Below are positions 51,518 to 61,950 of a stretch of 64,000 nucleotides of DNA, one piece after another. Position numbers and translations under genes: made by a program. The notes under the pieces are model-generated. The model was not told the origin of the DNA and did no database searches. It saw nothing but the letters and a program-made list of their open reading frames with translations. How positions within the stretch are numbered: the stretch's first letter is position 1; every line of letters begins with the position of its first letter. Location of the stretch: assembly GCA_964016885.1 (NCBI GenBank), contig OZ024740.1:95790001-95854000 (forward strand), in the 5' to 3' direction. Source of the DNA: Eledone cirrhosa. Taxonomy: Eukaryota.

Positions 51518-54500
51518 GTTATTCCTTGAATCTCAGTCATTGATGTCGGTTAACTGGAAAGTCCGTTGGATTGAATATCAAGCCACTACCTGCAGCCTCA
51601 GATATTCAGGACGTATCGGAGGGTTCTTGCTGTTCCAAGCAAGCATGCTTTTTGAAGCGTTCCAAAAAGCGTGAAGGGGCCGATTTTCTTTAACCATCCC
51701 TGGAAACTTTTGGAGATAGTCCCCAGTGCGCCTATGACAATCGGGATCACTTTGAAGTCATGGCAGTTCCAAATCCTTTTCACCTCCCACTTTAGGTCCT
51801 GGTATCGGTTAATTTTCTCCCTCTCCTTCTCTTGCACTCTCGTGTCGAACGGGAAGGCCACATCCACAATCAGACACGATCTTTTTTCTTTGTCCACAAC
51901 CACCAGGTCAGGTCTATTGTGTTCCAGTTTTTTGTCCATCTGTATCCTAAAATCCCACAGCACCTTCACCTGATTGTTCTCCATCACCGCCTCTGGCCTA
52001 TGCTCATACCATTTCTCAGAATGTGGTAAATTGTTTACTTTGCACAGGTGCCAGTGGATCACCCTGCCCATCACATCGTGTCTCCAGCCCTTATAGTGGG
52101 TCTGGGCTAGGTGTTTACACTCGGACACAATGTGAGCCACAGTCTCCTCTCTCTCTCCACAGATCCTGCACAGTGGGCTAGCCTCCTCCTTGTAGATATG
52201 GTGCTTCAACCACTTCGTTTTGAGGGCCTGCTCCTGCGCAGCCATTAGCATTCCTTCTGTAGCCTTTTTGAGGTCTCCTCTTCTCAACCAGTTCCATGTC
52301 TGTGGATCTCTAAATTCAGTTTTCTCAAAGAAGGTACTATGAAGGGATTTTCCCTTAAGGCTGCTCTTCCTCCTTGATGTTATTTCCTCCTTGGACATCC
52401 CCTGGCCTACTGTCCCCTCCTTCAGTACAGTTCTGAGCATTGGCTCCTTACTATAGGTCACGTATTTGTATAGGTTGTTTTTCTCCATCTGAACACAGTC
52501 CTCTATGCTGATAAGACCTCTTCCACCCTCAGATCTCCTTAGGTAGAGTCTATCGACATCACTCCTCTTGTGGAACATGTTGTAGATAGTCAATAGCTTC
52601 CTAGTCTTCCTATCCATTTCTTTTTGTTCAGCAACATTCCATCTCAGAATTCCCGCACTGTACCTAATAATAGTCACAGCTCGGGAATTTACTGCGCTTA
52701 TGGCATTTCTGCTGTTCAGATGTGACTTCAATACGCTCCTTACTCTCCGAATGTATTCAGTTCTTAACAATTCCTTCATTTTTTTGTTCTTTATGCCATC
52801 AGCCTCCAGAACGCCCAAATACTTGTATCCTTCCTCAGAGTCAATTTCCTTTATCATCTCACCTGTTGGTATCTGGATCCCGTTACTTCTGCTCAACCTA
52901 CCCCTCTTCATCACAATGACTCCACATTCACCAATACCAAACTGCATACATATATCACTGCTGAAAATACGGACATTGTCAACAAGCACATCCAACTCCT
53001 TCTCACTTTTCCCGAAGAGCTTAAGATCGTCCATGAAGAGGAGGTGATTGATGGTAAGCTCTCCCCTTCCCAACTTGTATCCTGCTCTCACTTTTCGCAG
53101 CATAATGGTCAAGGGCATCAGGGCAAGGACAAACAACAGAGGGGACAGGCTATCTCCCTGGAAGATACCTCTCTTGATCTTCACGCTTCCCAAGGATACT
53201 CCAGTTGATGTCAACTCTGTCTCCCAGGACCCCATACTCCTGCCTAGCAACTGTCTGATGTTATCTGCCACCCTGAAGATCTCCAGGCTTTTGGTGATCC
53301 AGGAATGAGGCACCATGTCAAATGCCTTTCTGTAGTCTATCCATCCAATGGCAAGATCAGTGTGTCTCCTCCTGCAATTCCCCATTACCATCTTATCAAT
53401 AAGTAACTGGTCCTCTGTACCACGTGACTTCTTTCGGCATCCTTTCTGTTCGTCCGGTAACAAGTTGTTTGTGTGGAGGTGATGGTAGATTTCCTCAGAC
53501 ACAATGCTCGTCAACAGTTTCCACATTACGGACAGACATGTGATAGGTCTATAGTTGGTAACATCATTACCCTTGATTCGGTCTTTCATTATCAGAACTG
53601 TGGTACCTTTTGTCAACCACTCTGGCACCTCACCCGACACCAAGCAGTCATTGAACATGGCCGTCAGCTTCGGGTGGAGGGATGTTAAATGTTTAATCCA
53701 ATACCCCTGCTCAACATCTGGGCCTGGTGATTTCCAGTTGGTTAGTTTTTTGGCCTGCCCCTTAAGAGTTTCAACTGTGATACTCAAATCTGTTTGTTGT
53801 TGTGCCTGCTCACCGATCTCCCTCTGTACTGTCTCAATCCACCCTGCCTGGGCATTGTGTCTAACATCCTGCTCCCATATTCCTCTCCAGAATGTTTTAG
53901 TTTGCTCCGCCCCAGGGATCAAGTCGTTGCCTCTTTCTTTCCCCTCAAGCTGTCCAAACAACACCTTCTGGTTGTTGTCGAACATGCGGTTCTGTTTATA
54001 CTGACTGACTCTGTTCTCGTATCGCCTGATTTTTGCACTCTTTGCTACAATGCGTTGCTTCAGTTCCTCTATGATAATATTTAGCTTTTTCCTCCTAGTT
54101 TTGTATTTTATTTCCAGTCTATTTTTAGTGCCTACGTTTTTTAGTGTCCCATTCAGTAGTGACTCAAGCTTTCCTATGTCATTTCTCATTTCCCCGATTT
54201 GCCCACTCACTCGCTTCTTCCACCACGGCTCTGCTCTTTCTTGTCTGTTGTTTCCTGTCGCTTTTATACCAGGTAGTTTCCTCACCGTATTTGCTGTTGC
54301 TTTGAGGATATTGTTGCACTGGTGAAGGCTCCTCGCCTCAAGGTATGGGATGACTTTGTTTACCTTAGCTGTTGTTTCTTTTAACTTTTTCCTGTCTACA
54401 AATCTTATGTTCATAGGTCTCCCACTATCATTGTTCAATTCATCTTCCACTAAATTTAGGATGTCAACCGAATCTTGTCCTAGCCCGTCAGCATTCATCT

Positions 54501-56036
54501 CCTCAGTGGCCGTATCTCTGTTCCAGGTATTATTTATCTCAGTATTCAGATCATTGTCTGCTTCGGGTGGTTCCTCCGTTCTCAGGACCTCTTCACCTTC
54601 ATTTCCCACTGGCTCGCTTGTCTGGCATACTACACCCGCCATCTCCAAGCCATTCTCTCTGCTCAGTTCCTCCAGTTCCAGCTCGCTTATCCATCCATTA
54701 GTTCTTATTACCCGAGCCTGCCCGGCCAATTTTTGTTCATCTAATTTAAATAAACCAATCTCGTTCCAGATGTTATGCATCCGTCTCCTGTAGCCCCTCT
54801 CCTTGGGGTTACTTTTCAGGTAACATTGCATAACAGTTCTATTCAATTCTTTCGTCCAGTTGGTTCTGGCCCCTTTCCTTCTTCTCCTTCCTCCAACATC
54901 AGCAGTATTTGGTTGACAGTCAGGTTCCTGCTGCTGAGCCAGGGGGCACCTGTTGGGTGAGAGTCTGTCACATGACGTTCTAGTCTCCATTTCACCGTTA
55001 TTCGAACTGTTTATGTTCGATATTTAAACACTCTTATCGAGGATTGGCGAATGTATGGTTACATATCCATCTGTGGATCCGCCATTCCACTTGGCCCTTG
55101 TGTGGCATTATCACCACGCTGTATACGGACACACATAAACAAACAAACACACAGGCAGAAAGGGCCCCAAAAATGAATAAGCATAAGTTTCATTGTAATG
55201 TAGTGTTCGAATGTCTGACTTAGTTTTTGTTTTTTAAGTTTTAGTTTTTCCCCCCTCTTCTCTGTCCGTCCGCCTGCTTCTCTCTTCATTCTTATTTTCT
55301 TTACGTTTTGGGGTTTTTTTGTTTTTTTTGTTTTTGTTTTTCTCTGTTTGCTTTTCTCGTTTTTTGCTGTTGTTGCTGTGCTGCTTTGGTTTTGTTGTTT
55401 GTTTTTTCTTTTTTCTTTTGAGTCTATCTATATATTTTGATGCCTTCCTCTTTTTTAGCAGTAGGGATTCTATAATGTGGTGGCAGCAGCCAGCTTGAGG
55501 AGTGGGAGACTGGCGGCGGTAGCGATACTGAGACAGTGGTGGTGGTGATGTCGATACCGAGGCAGTGGTGGCGGCGATGTGACCGTATTACTGTAGTGAT
55601 GGTGCTGTAGCGGTGGTAGCAGTGAAGGAGTGAAGGGGTGGTGGCGGCGGTGATGGGATAATGGTTGTAATGATGGCCGTAGTGAGCGGTGGTGGTTTAC
55701 TGTACACAGGTGATGGGGTGGGTGGTGTATCTAGTTTCTGGTGTTGGTGAGTTTGGCTGTTTATATAGTGTAGACAGAGGAGGAGGGGGGGGTTCTTCTT
55801 CCATTTATAGCCATTTTCTTTTTTGGATATACAGTGTACAATACAAAGTTGAATATTTGAATATTTGAGCCTTATAACAATATATTTTGGGTCCGAATTT
55901 TTTGGGGCTCAAGCCGGGTGCTTTACGTAGCATTTGTACTAAGAGTTGTTATTTCACAAATGATTTAAATATGTTAAAAATTCAAAACTTACGGGAGCGA
56001 TTTCATGACCTCCGTCACCTCGTGCGTATTCTTCCC
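51442..56036 (-). mobile_element. Full-length R4/Dong-clade LINE copy 2, apparently intact
   Basis: About 1-kb 5' leader, single ORF, short 3' UTR, (TAA)n on both sides. Confidence 0.95.
51598..54990 (-). CDS. Reverse transcriptase + CCHC finger + restriction-like endonuclease (1130 aa)
   Basis: NYRPITCL, IDYRKAFDMVPH, GIFQGDSLSPLLF, LLFMDDLKLF; CRICGEREETVAHIVSEC; RHD; RPDLVVVD..IVDVAFPFD..KEREKINRY. Confidence 0.96.
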   Translation of the reverse strand: METRTSCDRLSPNRCPLAQQQEPDCQPNTADVGGRRRRKGARTNWTKELNRTVMQCYLKSNPKERGYRRRMHNIWNEIGLFKLDEQKLAGQARVIRTNGWISELELEELSRENGLEMAGVVCQTSEPVGNEGEEVLRTEEPPEADNDLNTEINNTWNRDTATEEMNADGLGQDSVDILNLVEDELNNDSGRPMNIRFVDRKKLKETTAKVNKVIPYLEARSLHQCNNILKATANTVRKLPGIKATGNNRQERAEPWWKKRVSGQIGEMRNDIGKLESLLNGTLKNVGTKNRLEIKYKTRRKKLNIIIEELKQRIVAKSAKIRRYENRVSQYKQNRMFDNNQKVLFGQLEGKERGNDLIPGAEQTKTFWRGIWEQDVRHNAQAGWIETVQREIGEQAQQQTDLSITVETLKGQAKKLTNWKSPGPDVEQGYWIKHLTSLHPKLTAMFNDCLVSGEVPEWLTKGTTVLIMKDRIKGNDVTNYRPITCLSVMWKLLTSIVSEEIYHHLHTNNLLPDEQKGCRKKSRGTEDQLLIDKMVMGNCRRRHTDLAIGWIDYRKAFDMVPHSWITKSLEIFRVADNIRQLLGRSMGSWETELTSTGVSLGSVKIKRGIFQGDSLSPLLFVLALMPLTIMLRKVRAGYKLGRGELTINHLLFMDDLKLFGKSEKELDVLVDNVRIFSSDICMQFGIGECGVIVMKRGRLSRSNGIQIPTGEMIKEIDSEEGYKYLGVLEADGIKNKKMKELLRTEYIRRVRSVLKSHLNSRNAISAVNSRAVTIIRYSAGILRWNVAEQKEMDRKTRKLLTIYNMFHKRSDVDRLYLRRSEGGRGLISIEDCVQMEKNNLYKYVTYSKEPMLRTVLKEGTVGQGMSKEEITSRRKSSLKGKSLHSTFFEKTEFRDPQTWNWLRRGDLKKATEGMLMAAQEQALKTKWLKHHIYKEEASPLCRICGEREETVAHIVSECKHLAQTHYKGWRHDVMGRVIHWHLCKVNNLPHSEKWYEHRPEAVMENNQVKVLWDFRIQMDKKLEHNRPDLVVVDKEKRSCLIVDVAFPFDTRVQEKEREKINRYQDLKWEVKRIWNCHDFKVIPIVIGALGTISKSFQGWLKKIGPFTLFGTLQKACLLGTARTLRYVLNI

Positions 56037-56109
<73 letters not shown>

Positions 56110-56130
56110 ATTATTATTATTATTATTATT

Positions 56131-59100
56131 TGCATTTATCTTGCTTTATGTTCATACGAGTTATCACCAAGTCACAACCAGTGACCTCAAGAGACAACAA
56201 GGTCCGCCATGTTCAAGAAAGAACATACATATTCACACATGCATCCTTAGTGTTTAGAATTGTGATGTACTTATATTGACAGGATCTTCCTTAGTATATG
56301 GGCAGTTCCCATTAGTACTATCTTTTGTATTTCTCCTATACGCTGGTTTCCTGGGATTTGCGATAAGTAGTCGTTAGACCCCTTAGGTATCATTCCCAGA
56401 GCGCCTACAACCACTGGTATTGTTTTAGTTCTCAATTTCCACATTTTTCCAATTTCTATCTCCAGGTCCTTATACTTGCTCAATTTTTCAAATGTTTTTA
56501 TACATACATTCTTGTCTATTGGAACAGACATATCAATTAGCAGGCATACCCTCCTTTGAAAGTCCTTCAATATTATATCAGGTCTATTTGCATCTATTTT
56601 TCGGTCTGTTTGGATGCTAAAGTTCCACAAGATTGAGATGTGATCTTTTTCGAGTATGGGAGGTGGTTGATGCTCCCACCAATTCATTTGATGGGGCAGG
56701 TCAAACTGCTTACACATTATCGAATGTATGTATTGTGCAGCTCTGTCATGCCTGTTTAGACATTCGGTTGGAGCTATAGGACTGCACATTGAAATTATAT
56801 GGTCAATGGTCTCTGGTTGTTTTTTGCATACACGGCATAATGGGCTGCACCCATTTTTTATTATGTTGGCTTGGTAATTTTTTGTTGGCAGACACTGATC
56901 TTGTGCCGATATAATCAGTCCTTCAGTCTCCGATTTCAGTCCAGAGGATGCCAACCACTGATGGGTTAAAGTTTTGTCAACATCAGGATTGTTAGCTCGC
57001 TCTGGGTATTTTCCATATAGAGACTTTTCTTGCCATTTCTTAGCCAGTTTCTGTAGCAGTTCTTTCTTTGCAGTTACTTTTACCTGCTTTGCTTTTTCTG
57101 TGTTTTCCATTTCAGCAGTAAATGGGACTTCCGAAATTTGTAGTCCATTACTGTATCTTTGTGCATCTTTTGTAATGGAATATGATCTTTTGGTGCTTTT
57201 GTGTTTCTAAACGAGTTTGATCATCCAATCATGTGATTCCCTTAGATATGTGGATAATCCAATTGTTGCAGTTTCCAACGCAATGTCTAATTGGATTAAC
57301 CCACGTCCTCCTTCTTTCCTAGTGACATATATTCTATCAATGTCTGCCTTAGGGTGATGCATTCTGTGCATGGTTAAGAATTTTCTGATTTTTGTATCGA
57401 GCCTACGGATCTCTGTGCTTGACCAGTTGATGACATTGTAACTGTAGGTTACTACTGGTATGGCAAGCGTGTTTATGGCATCGATCCTATTCCTTGCATT
57501 CAATTCCGTTCTTAAGATTGCTCTGACTCTGCGGTAACATTCCTTCCTTATATTTTCCCTCATTGTTGAGTGCTTGATTCCGTCTCCTTCACAAACACCT
57601 AGATATTTGTAAGTTTTTTCTTGATAAAGCTCTCTTATCACGTTCCCCCGATCAAGATTAATGTCTGAACTCTTCAGCAGCTTTCCTCTGGTGAACGTTG
57701 CTTTGGCGCATTTATCCAGTCCAAACTCCATTTTAATGTCATCACTGAATTGCTTCACAGTGGATAAGAGCCCTTGCAATTGTTCATCATTTTTTGCAAA
57801 TAGTTTCAGGTCATCCATGTAGAACAGGTGATTAATGGTTTTGTCATAGACTCTATATCCATGTTTTGTTTCATTGAGCATTTTACTTAATGGTATAAGT
57901 GCGATGCAGAATAAGAGCGCTGAAAAATTCCACAATTAATATTAACTTCTCCAGCTTCCAGTGATTCTGTTTCACTATTCAAAAGGAGTGTCGTTCTCGA
58001 TGTCTTCATACTGAATGACAAAAACCTCCTGACAACGGGGGATATTTTGAAAATCTCTAAACATTTTTCAATCCAACTGTGTGGCAAACTATCGAATGCT
58101 TTTTTATAATCTATCCAAGCAATCGATAGATTTTCGTGTCTATTATAACAATCTTCCAGTATCATTTTGTTAACCAGAAGCTGATCCTTACAGCCATATG
58201 AGCCTCCTTACACCCTTTCTGCTCAATGGGAAATAGTTCATTTGTTATCAGGTGGTCATATGTGTATTCAGTTAGGACTGATGTTAAAATGTTATACATT
58301 GTGGTCAAGCAGGTTATCGGTCTGTAATTTTGGGGATTGTTTGTCTCATCATTCTTCGGTAGCAGGAATGTAATGCCGTTAACTAGCCATGATGGTATCT
58401 TTTCTGGCTCCTTAACTATTTCATTGTAAAGTTGGGCTAACAGCTCATGAGACTCTGTGAAGGAATGTATCCAAAAGTTTTGTATTTTGTCTTTTCCTGG
58501 GGATTTCCATTTGCTGTTTTTTTTAGAGCCAAGCGCAACTGTTCAACTGTTATATTTTCCCATGTTTGTTCTTCAAGGTGAGCTGTTTCTTTCATTTGTC
58601 TGTCTATCCATGGGGCATGTATGTTATGAACTTTTTCATCGGCCCAGATCTTTTCCCAGTATTCTTGCACTTCCTCCTTGGGTGGTATTGGTTTAGCAGT
58701 TATTGTTGACTTACCAATTTTTCTGTAGAAGTTTCTTTGGTTGTTTTTGAACATATTATTGTCCTTATAGAATCTAGATCGTTTTTCAAAGCGCCTTATA
58801 CGAGCAGCTTTGGCCGACACTTTTTGCCTGATTGTTTCTATCGGCATGTCTATGTCACATGTTGATCTTACACTGTACTTTTTTTTTAATTTTCTAAGTT
58901 TAGTTTGTTTAACATGTTCACCTACTTTATAGTTTGTTAAAATTTCTATGTCAGATCGGAGAAGGTTTATTTGGCGATTGATGTTATCTTGCCAAGTAGA
59001 TTTCTTGTGGGAATTCCTTTGTTTTTTCATCTTCACTCCACATAAGTAAGTGGTGACTTTAGCCGATGCATAATAGAGATGATTTAAGTCAGTAATGTTT

Positions 59101-59748
59101 AGTTTGTTTGTGATGATAATGTTTTTGAGAATTATGTTAGTCTTGTGTATTATCTTTTGGTTCTGTTTGGAGTTCTGGATCTTAGGGAGGGTGTCTCGTT
59201 GCCCCATGTCAGATTCTTTCATTTTCATCCATTCGATCATAATTTCATCCTTCAAGTTGGCAAGTTCATTCTCATTCATTTCTTTATTATTTACGATCTC
59301 ATTATTTTCATTTGGAGTTTCATCCTGAGCATGCACTCCCTCCACTTTTTCGCTCCTTTCTTTAATTTGTTCTGTTGCCAGTGATTCCGCCCCAACCCTG
59401 GGATTCGAAGTGTTACAGTTTACCTCGTTTTCACTGACACATGCTTCATTTTCCCTTCGCTGACGTTGTGCTACTAGCTTGATCTGATCAATTTCTATAT
59501 CAGTTAGTAACTTTTTTCTTACAATATTTCTTCGTGTATTGGCTAGTTTGTTACTGTCAATATAGCCTCTGTTTTCAGGATGTTTCTTTTTCCAGTTGAT
59601 ATATGTTTGTTCTGTATTTGATGTATTAGATGGGTAGTACATGGCAGTGTAGAAAGCCTCAAGGACTTCTTTATTATCTTCCAGTGACCATTTTTCTTTC
59701 TTTTTCTTTGGATTTATTATTACTATTTTTATTATTATTATTATTATT
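56131..59748 (-). mobile_element. Second R4/Dong-clade family, frameshifted, 5' part interrupted by a Tx1 LINE
   Basis: WIDYKKAFDSLPH, LFYMDDLKLF, CRVCKKQPETIDHIISMC, RHD, RPDIILKD..LIDMSVP; frame continues upstream as NNNNNNKNSNNKSKEKRKKWSLEDN. Confidence 0.92.
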
Positions 59749-59956
59749 GGCGACCTACGTAGTAAATCGTATCATCGTGAGCTCCGCAAAGGTTTGTTAT
59801 TTCCGTTTGTTAAAAATTGCCACTTATGGAAAATGTTATTGTTAACTGTTTATAAGCACACATACATTGTTTTCCGAAAAGGACACCCAAAAAGATTGGG
59901 GCCTTGTGCCCAAAATTTTAACTTTTATTATTATCAAAAAAATTCTTTGAAAAAAA

Positions 59957-61916
59957 ATGGCTACTTCACCTCTGCACGAAGCAGCTGAAAGCCTTCCTCA
60001 CAAAATAACACCTCACACCGACACCACCATTGTAAATGTTACTACGTTTGCCAACACAAAAAAAAATATAAGCAGTAGCAATATTTTAAATTTGTCTCAG
60101 GCAGACATTCATTTCCCGCCATTACCAATGACTGCAGGTGTTAAAGCCTCCACCACCACCACCACCGCGACAACAGAAACAAAAGAAGAAAAAAATAAAT
60201 TAACTCGTGATGTTGAAATGAAATCAAGCAAAATGGACTCTTCCCCACCAAAGACGACTGACGTCACCACCACCACAACTGAAACTAAAATTAATATTAA
60301 CGATAGCAACAACAACAACAATGACATTATAAAACCCCCCCTCAGTTTCGCCAGAGTAGCAAAACAATTCGAAGCATTTACGGTAACTCAGGAAGATTTA
60401 GAAAATGCCAAACAAATGGTAAAGAAAGATGGGTACAGGGTCAGCCTCACCCCCCCACCTAATAAAATGGAGCATCGGCGCCTATGCACCGTGTCGTATA
60501 GAACAATAAATGTAAAATCTCGCCGTGTGGAACGGGCATCCGAGTCCCCAATCCAAAAAGCTTTGGGACATGTGTGGGCAAGAAAAACCCACATCAGACG
60601 TGGGCAAAAGTATGGAACCGTGGACGTGTTCTTTGAAACACCAGAGGAGGCTAGAGAACACTCCATGGCCCCTTTAAAAAGTGACGACTTCACACTCGTC
60701 CCAAGCTATTGTGGCCAGAGACTCGTAAAGATCAGGGTGACCCACGGTCCACCGGCCATCGAAATTCCCTGGCTAATAGCGGCCGTCCTCGCCGGCATCG
60801 AAGCCAACACGAAAATAATAGCAATAGCAAAAGAAAAGCAGAAAAACTGGTCCGGATCTGGGATGGAGCTCCTGATCCAAGCGGACCAAAAAAGCATCGA
60901 GGAGATCCCAGAGGTAATAGACCTCACTGACGGCAGCCACCTCACGGTAATTGTCGAGGGCAGAAGACCTAGGTGTGTTGTTTGTGGTGAAGGAACCCAC
61001 CTAAGGGCTTTCTGCCCTCAGGCTAAAAGGTTGAGGCCACCTCTCCTACCCACCCCAGTTACACAACCATCAACACCACCAGTAGCAGAGATGGCAGCAA
61101 CAACTGTAGCAGCAACAACAGAAGCAACTATAACAGCAACAACCCCAGCAACAGTAGCAAAACCAACACCACCACCACCACCAGCAAAACCAACACCACC
61201 ACCACCCAACGCTCCAGAACTAGCACCAGCGCCTACACCATCCACCACGCCACAACCAAAACTAACGGCTGTGGAGGATTTTCCACTCCCCGACCTATCA
61301 CAACTGGAGACAGATTGTGACGACGAGGAGTGGGAAACGATATCCGGAAAAAAAAAAAAGAAACCAAAAAAGAAAAAATTCTCTTCCTTCCCCCTCCAAA
61401 AACAAAATACAGAGGGAAACAAATAAATTAAGAAACAAAAAAGTTAGGACAGATATGCCACCATCCACACCAGCATCACCAACCCCATCAACCCAAACAC
61501 CAACACCATCACCATCATTAACGCCAACACCATCATCACCTACACCACAAAAGTCACCAAAATGCGAAACAGAAACAAACCCACAACAAACGCAAACAAA
61601 ACAAAACTACCAAAACGATACACACTACACAGCATTAAATTTGAACAACAAGCTATTATTACACTACATCCAACACAACACCAGCATCACAGAAAAAGAC
61701 TACACAACAACCCAAAAATTCACACCACCTCCACACATACAAATCACTCGCATCACACAGAAAACGTACATGACACTAAAACAAAAATTCGCCAAAGACA
61801 TCGGAGACTTCCGACAAGCACTCTCCAGGAGGATTTATAAGGACATCCTTCCTGAGGAGGCCACAAGCAGTGAAAAGGATGGAAAAACTGTCCTTCCCCT
61901 ACGAGAAGTAAGGTAA
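59957..61916 (+). CDS. LINE ORF1 (zinc-knuckle nucleic-acid-binding protein), one frameshift in or near the A-run at about 61348-61359
   Basis: CVVCGEGTHLRAFC knuckle; the 61317-61916 frame continues homology to the 28492-29013 ORF1 C-terminus. Confidence 0.85.
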
Positions 61917-61950
61917 GTGGTCTTTCCCATCTTTTCCACTCCTTTTCAAC

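Noticed and set aside
47059-54960. Plus-strand ORFs duplicated in both R4/Dong copies
   Set aside because: Antisense shadows of the RT-RLE ORF; conserved only because the copies are nearly identical.
55975-56036. Possible HDV-like ribozyme at the R4/Dong 5' end
   Set aside because: Could not build the nested double pseudoknot by eye; only a simple hairpin is evident.
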